Shown: one piece after another, positions 49,047 to 52,933 of the stretch
Position numbering within the stretch: the stretch's first letter is position 1
Layout: every line of letters starts with the position of its first letter
From: Nemertoderma westbladi
Taxonomy: Eukaryota; Animalia; Xenacoelomorpha
Length of the DNA stretch: 52,933 nucleotides
Direction: 5' to 3'
Assembly (NCBI GenBank): GCA_032718475.1
Contig: JAUCBJ010002890.1
Location: 1 to 52,933 of the forward strand
Made by a program: the position numbers and the translations under genes
The notes under the pieces: generated by a model
Databases searched by the model: none
Told to the model about the DNA's origin: nothing
What the model saw: the letters and a program-made list of their open reading frames with translations, nothing else

Positions 49047-49466
49047 GAGACCTACGTACAGTATTCATATGGACGGTCGGTACTGGGTTATCACCCTCCG
49101 TACGTATGGATAAATTCACCCGCCTAATAAAATTGTACATTAGTATACTTCCTGTTACCTACGACGGAGGTATATCATAATATATCCATTTTCTAATAAA
49201 CTTTATTTGTCGAAATACAGAACTAACGATAAAAAGCTAAGTGTGGTAAGTTAGGAAGAAGATATTGGTATCCGTTGTTAATGTTTGTATTGGAAAAATA
49301 TGTTGCATTATTTCTTGAATAAGAGAAGGCAAAATCAACATGTATTTTAATGTTCACGGCACTTCCATTTAATTGCTAAGAAATTACAGCAGATAGTAAA
49401 GGTAAACTATGAATAAAAGATAACGATTGCACAGAATAACATTCAACAGACTATGTTTGTCTCTTA

Positions 49467-49751
49467 GACAAGGGCTACAAGGGTTATCTGGGATCTCAAC
49501 ACGTAATCAAAAATAATAATGTGAGGGCAGAAGTTTTGATAATATTCTTGTGCGCGCTTTGGTACCATAGTGGACTATATAGTAACTTATTGATTCTTAT
49601 ATTTCTTGCACAAAAATTTATGAACAAATATCTATTTTTAGTAGCGGCGATCCCTAGCAATATTTCTTTATTAAATAATATAAAATTCAAAATTTTTTAG
49701 TACTGCACTAGTTTTATTGTCTTTAAATTCATGTTTTAAGTAGCCCTTGTC
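49467..49751. mobile_element. Possible small MITE
   Basis: Perfect 12-bp inverted repeat GACAAGGGCTAC / GTAGCCCTTGTC around an AT-rich core. No clear TSD. Confidence 0.35.
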
Positions 49752-49967
49752 AGTGTAGTGTGCATTGTATCATGTATTACCTACCGTGCGTCTAATGAAA
49801 CGAGGAACTACATTCAGTGGACCAATTCAATGGAAAGTACGATGGTACTAAAACCCAAACACCCGACACGATAACTTAAGTTACATACATCCGCGGCGTA
49901 GGATATTACGCAGTGATTAAATGTGGCCGATGTGAGTTAGCTTAGCCCCCCGGCTCTTCTAATATTA

Positions 49968-51539
49968 ACAATGTGTGGGGCGAGCCACGAAGTTGGCGGA
50001 GCCTTAGCGAATTGACACTGTTAGGGGGTGGGTCAATTTATGCAAATAGTTGTCGTCGTCGTCGTCGTCGTCGTTGTCGTCGTCGTCGTTGTCGTCGTCG
50101 TCGTTGTCGTCGTCGTTACGATTTTGACATGCTAATAACTTTGTCGGATTTAAAGCTGCCAAGTTGAAAATTTGTAGGTATCAATATGAGCAAAAGTTGA
50201 GATTTTTGAGAGACTTTCAGACACCATCAGTGCAATGGTCTCCCGCTAGAGGGCCACATGTCTAAACATTAAATGGCCACCCATTTCTTTGCTTTTAATC
50301 CGTTTAAGCTGAAACTTGGGAAGTATGTACTAGACCATTAGCTGTAAATTTCAAAGGAGGCTAATCTGTCTGCAGTTCTCCAGTCTGCCGCTAGAGGGCG
50401 AAATGTCCCGAATGTGAAATTATTCTTCCATTTAGTTGTTTATGATCTGATTACGCTGAAACTTGTCATATATGTACTAGATGACATCCTGAGTCTTTGT
50501 GTGGATTGTAATCGGTCCGAAGTTTTCCAGTCTCCCGCTAGAGGGCCACATGTCTAAACATTAAATGGCCACCCATTTCTTTGCTTTTAATCCGTTTAAG
50601 CTGAAACTTGGGAAGTATGTACTAGACCATTAGCTGTAAATTTCAAAGGAGGCTAATCTGTCTGCAGTTCTCCAGTCTGCCGCTAGAGGGCGAAATGTCC
50701 CGAATGTGAAATTATTCTTCCATTTAGTTGTTTATGATCTGATTACGCTGAAACTTGTCATATATGTACTAGAAGACATCCTGAGTCTTTGTGTGGATTG
50801 TAATCGGTCCGAAGTTTTCCAGTCTCCCGCTAGAGGGCCACATGTCTAAACATTAAATGGCCACCCATTTCTTTGCTTTTAATCCGTTTAAGCTGAAACT
50901 TGGGAAGTATGTACTAGACCATTAGCTGTAAATTTCAAAGGAGGCTAATCTGTCTGCAGTTCTCCAGTCTGCCGCTAGAGGGCGAAATGTCCCGAATGTG
51001 AAATTATTCTTCCATTTAGTTGTTTATGATCTGATTACGCTGAAACTTGTCATATATGTACTAGAAGACATCCTAAGTCTTTGTGTGGACAGTAATCGGT
51101 CCGGAGTTTTCGAGTCTGCCGCTAGAGGGCGAAATGTAGGAAAGTGATAACCTTTGCGAATTCCTTGATCTTAATCTATTTAAGCTGAATTTTGGAATAT
51201 ACAGTACCGGTATGTACTAGACCACATGCCTCGTCTTTGTGAGGAAGGTGATCGATCCGTAGTTCTTTAATATGCCGCTAGAGGGCTAAATGTATGAAAG
51301 TGAAAACCTTCCAACATTTCGTTATTTATGATCCGTCAATCGGAAACTTGGTAGATATGTAATAGACCATAGGATGTGGCTTTGTAGGGAAACTAATCCT
51401 TCCTTCTTCAGTTACCCAGTCTCCCGCTAGAGGGTTAACGTTTTCCGGGAAAATCTTCTCCTATGTTTTTATAATCCTTTCGAGTTGATACTTAGCATTA
51501 ACTCATTTCACGTGCTGCGCGAAGGCCCCACTTCGTGTA
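49968..51539 (+). mobile_element. HINE/DINE-1-like (Helentron-associated or pearl-like) non-autonomous element with (GTC)n microsatellite and a central 146-bp tandem repeat
   Basis: Left GTGGGGCGAGCCACGAAG...GCCTTAGC, (GTC)n at 50052-50115, 146-bp monomers arranged as 292-bp A/B dimers (starts 50239, 50531, 50823), right GCGAAGGCCCCACTTCGTGT. Same ends at 372-400 and 20077-20387. Confidence 0.72.
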
Positions 51540-52455
51540 CAAAGTATATATATTATAAGGTACCGGTAACACGGATGTGAATGATTTTTAAATAATTTTA
51601 TTTATTTAATTTAAATAAAAAATAATTTTAAACTATTTAAGTAACATAATTAATTTTAACAATTAACTCATGACATCGGCCTCATATTATGCACTTGTAA
51701 TTCAGCTTGATCTATATTAGGGACCGATGCCACACCTGTTGTAATAGTCCCTACGCCACTGATGTAGATAATATAGTAATATATAAATAGACATTGATAA
51801 GCAAAGATTACCCGCTATGCAACATAAACAAGTATTTTATTTAACTAGGTATATAATATAAAGCAAAAATGACCAGAATACCAAATGTGACATTTAATCT
51901 TCTAATTAAAACCGTAATTTGTAATTTTCCCAGTCTAACATTTAATGGCATTACTGTTTAGAGTAAAAAACCTTAGAAACTAAAATATTAAAAACTGAAA
52001 CTAATAAATCATGAAATTGATAGGAAGTATAATGGTGTGCTGGAAAGGTTTAACAAGCCCCCTTGTGACAAATAGAGACTAAATTCATTACTTTGGCCGT
52101 AATTATATACATGACCTGGCAAATTTACATTTACGGAAAAAAATTAACGACAACATACATTATAATAAAAAGTATACTAACATAATGTTAATACATTTTT
52201 ACCAATTCAAGTAAGCAAATATAGCTTATTATTGTTAAAAATTTCATTATCAAAGTATCGGGCTTACATACGAAGAGGATGTCATTTATTGTCTGTTGTT
52301 TATTTTTTGTTCTAAGTCTTCTTCGTAACCTGATACCAATACAAGATTGGAATAAGAGTTATGTCGATAGAAAAGGGTTGCTCAGACATCAATCAAATAA
52401 AAAAACTAACAACAATTATTTTCGATCTATCTTATTAAGTTCTCAATATTATCCA

Positions 52456-52933
52456 TCACTCACTGATGTCCGAAATATCGAGTAAGTCGGCATCGAGTTG
52501 GTCGTCAGACGACGAAGAGAGAGTGTCCGTGTTACAAACTGCGTCATGGATATGGTTACTTGAACTGCAGCACATCTCGAATATGGCATCATCGGCCCAA
52601 GGTGATGCAATAATACTACTGATGGCGTCTATCGTCTTGTCCGTTGCGTAGGAACCTGTTGAGCCTAAAACATCTTCTACAATGCTAACCTTATCTGTAG
52701 TTTCTGTTTCTGAACTCGATACAGACCCATGTTTATCAGTGTCAATAACACATTGATTTTTCGCTAGTAGCTGCTTTCCTGACGATTTTGGCGAGATTAC
52801 AAGGTTATTCTTGTCAACCGTTTTTGATTCCGACTCCGACACGTGTTTTCGCTTTGATATGGTTGATCTGTGTCGCTGTGATGGGCTTGGCTTTGGTTTC
52901 TTTGTTGGTTTCGGTTTGGGGGTTTTCTTCTTG
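52456..52933 (-). CDS. Terminal coding exon of a convergent host gene (Lys/Pro-rich, then Ser/Asp-rich C-terminus), running off the window edge
   Basis: Frame open from the window end (KKTPKPKPTKKPKP...) to TGA at 52456. AT-rich downstream region has minus-strand AATAAA (e.g. ~52285, ~52299). Confidence 0.6.
   Translation of the reverse strand, partial: KKKTPKPKPTKKPKPSPSQRHRSTISKRKHVSESESKTVDKNNLVISPKSSGKQLLAKNQCVIDTDKHGSVSSSETETTDKVSIVEDVLGSTGSYATDKTIDAISSIIASPWADDAIFEMCCSSSNHIHDAVCNTDTLSSSSDDQLDADLLDISDISE

Noticed and set aside
49440-49520. LLDKGYKG resembling a Harbinger/DDE_Tnp_4 transposase motif
   Set aside because: No sustained frame or second motif, and the sequence coincides with one arm of a 12-bp inverted repeat.
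49973-50167. Protamine-like Arg/Cys-rich ORF
   Set aside because: Translation of the (GTC)n microsatellite of the HINE-like element.

Overview
Repeat-dominated eukaryotic window, probably from an invertebrate animal (spliceosomal introns, satellites, LTR/LINE/SINE/MITE elements; no prokaryotic features). Four minisatellite arrays (~39, 27, 23 and 21-24 bp units) generate most of the long ORFs in the track. There are two decayed BEL/Pao-type LTR retrotransposons. Element 1 is on the minus strand (5668-~16150), has gag-PR-RT-RH-IN and a 3' LTR, and has lost its 5' end, which is joined to a LINE fragment. Element 2 is on the plus strand (32489-41480), has two LTRs and a CTATA TSD, and carries gag-protease but no recognisable RT/RH/IN. 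A solo LTR of the element-2 family lies at 1199-1883. The window also holds several non-autonomous DNA elements, two frame-compatible exons of a plus-strand host gene (25048-25968, 28577-29606) and the last exon of a convergent gene at the right edge. The main candidate for a novel system: both BEL/Pao elements, although their LTRs are unrelated, carry in the env position a homologous sense-strand accessory ORF. It reads as a WRN/EXD-like (DnaQ/DEDD-fold) 3'-5' exonuclease-like domain, an acidic linker and a cluster of Cys/His zinc knuckles. Other observations include an intronic 27-bp satellite built from consensus 5' splice sites, a 146-bp repeat with one CTCF-like motif per unit, hairpins abutting both PPT-like G-runs, and no canonical PBS in element 2. 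All domain calls come from motif recognition by eye and need HMM or structure confirmation.
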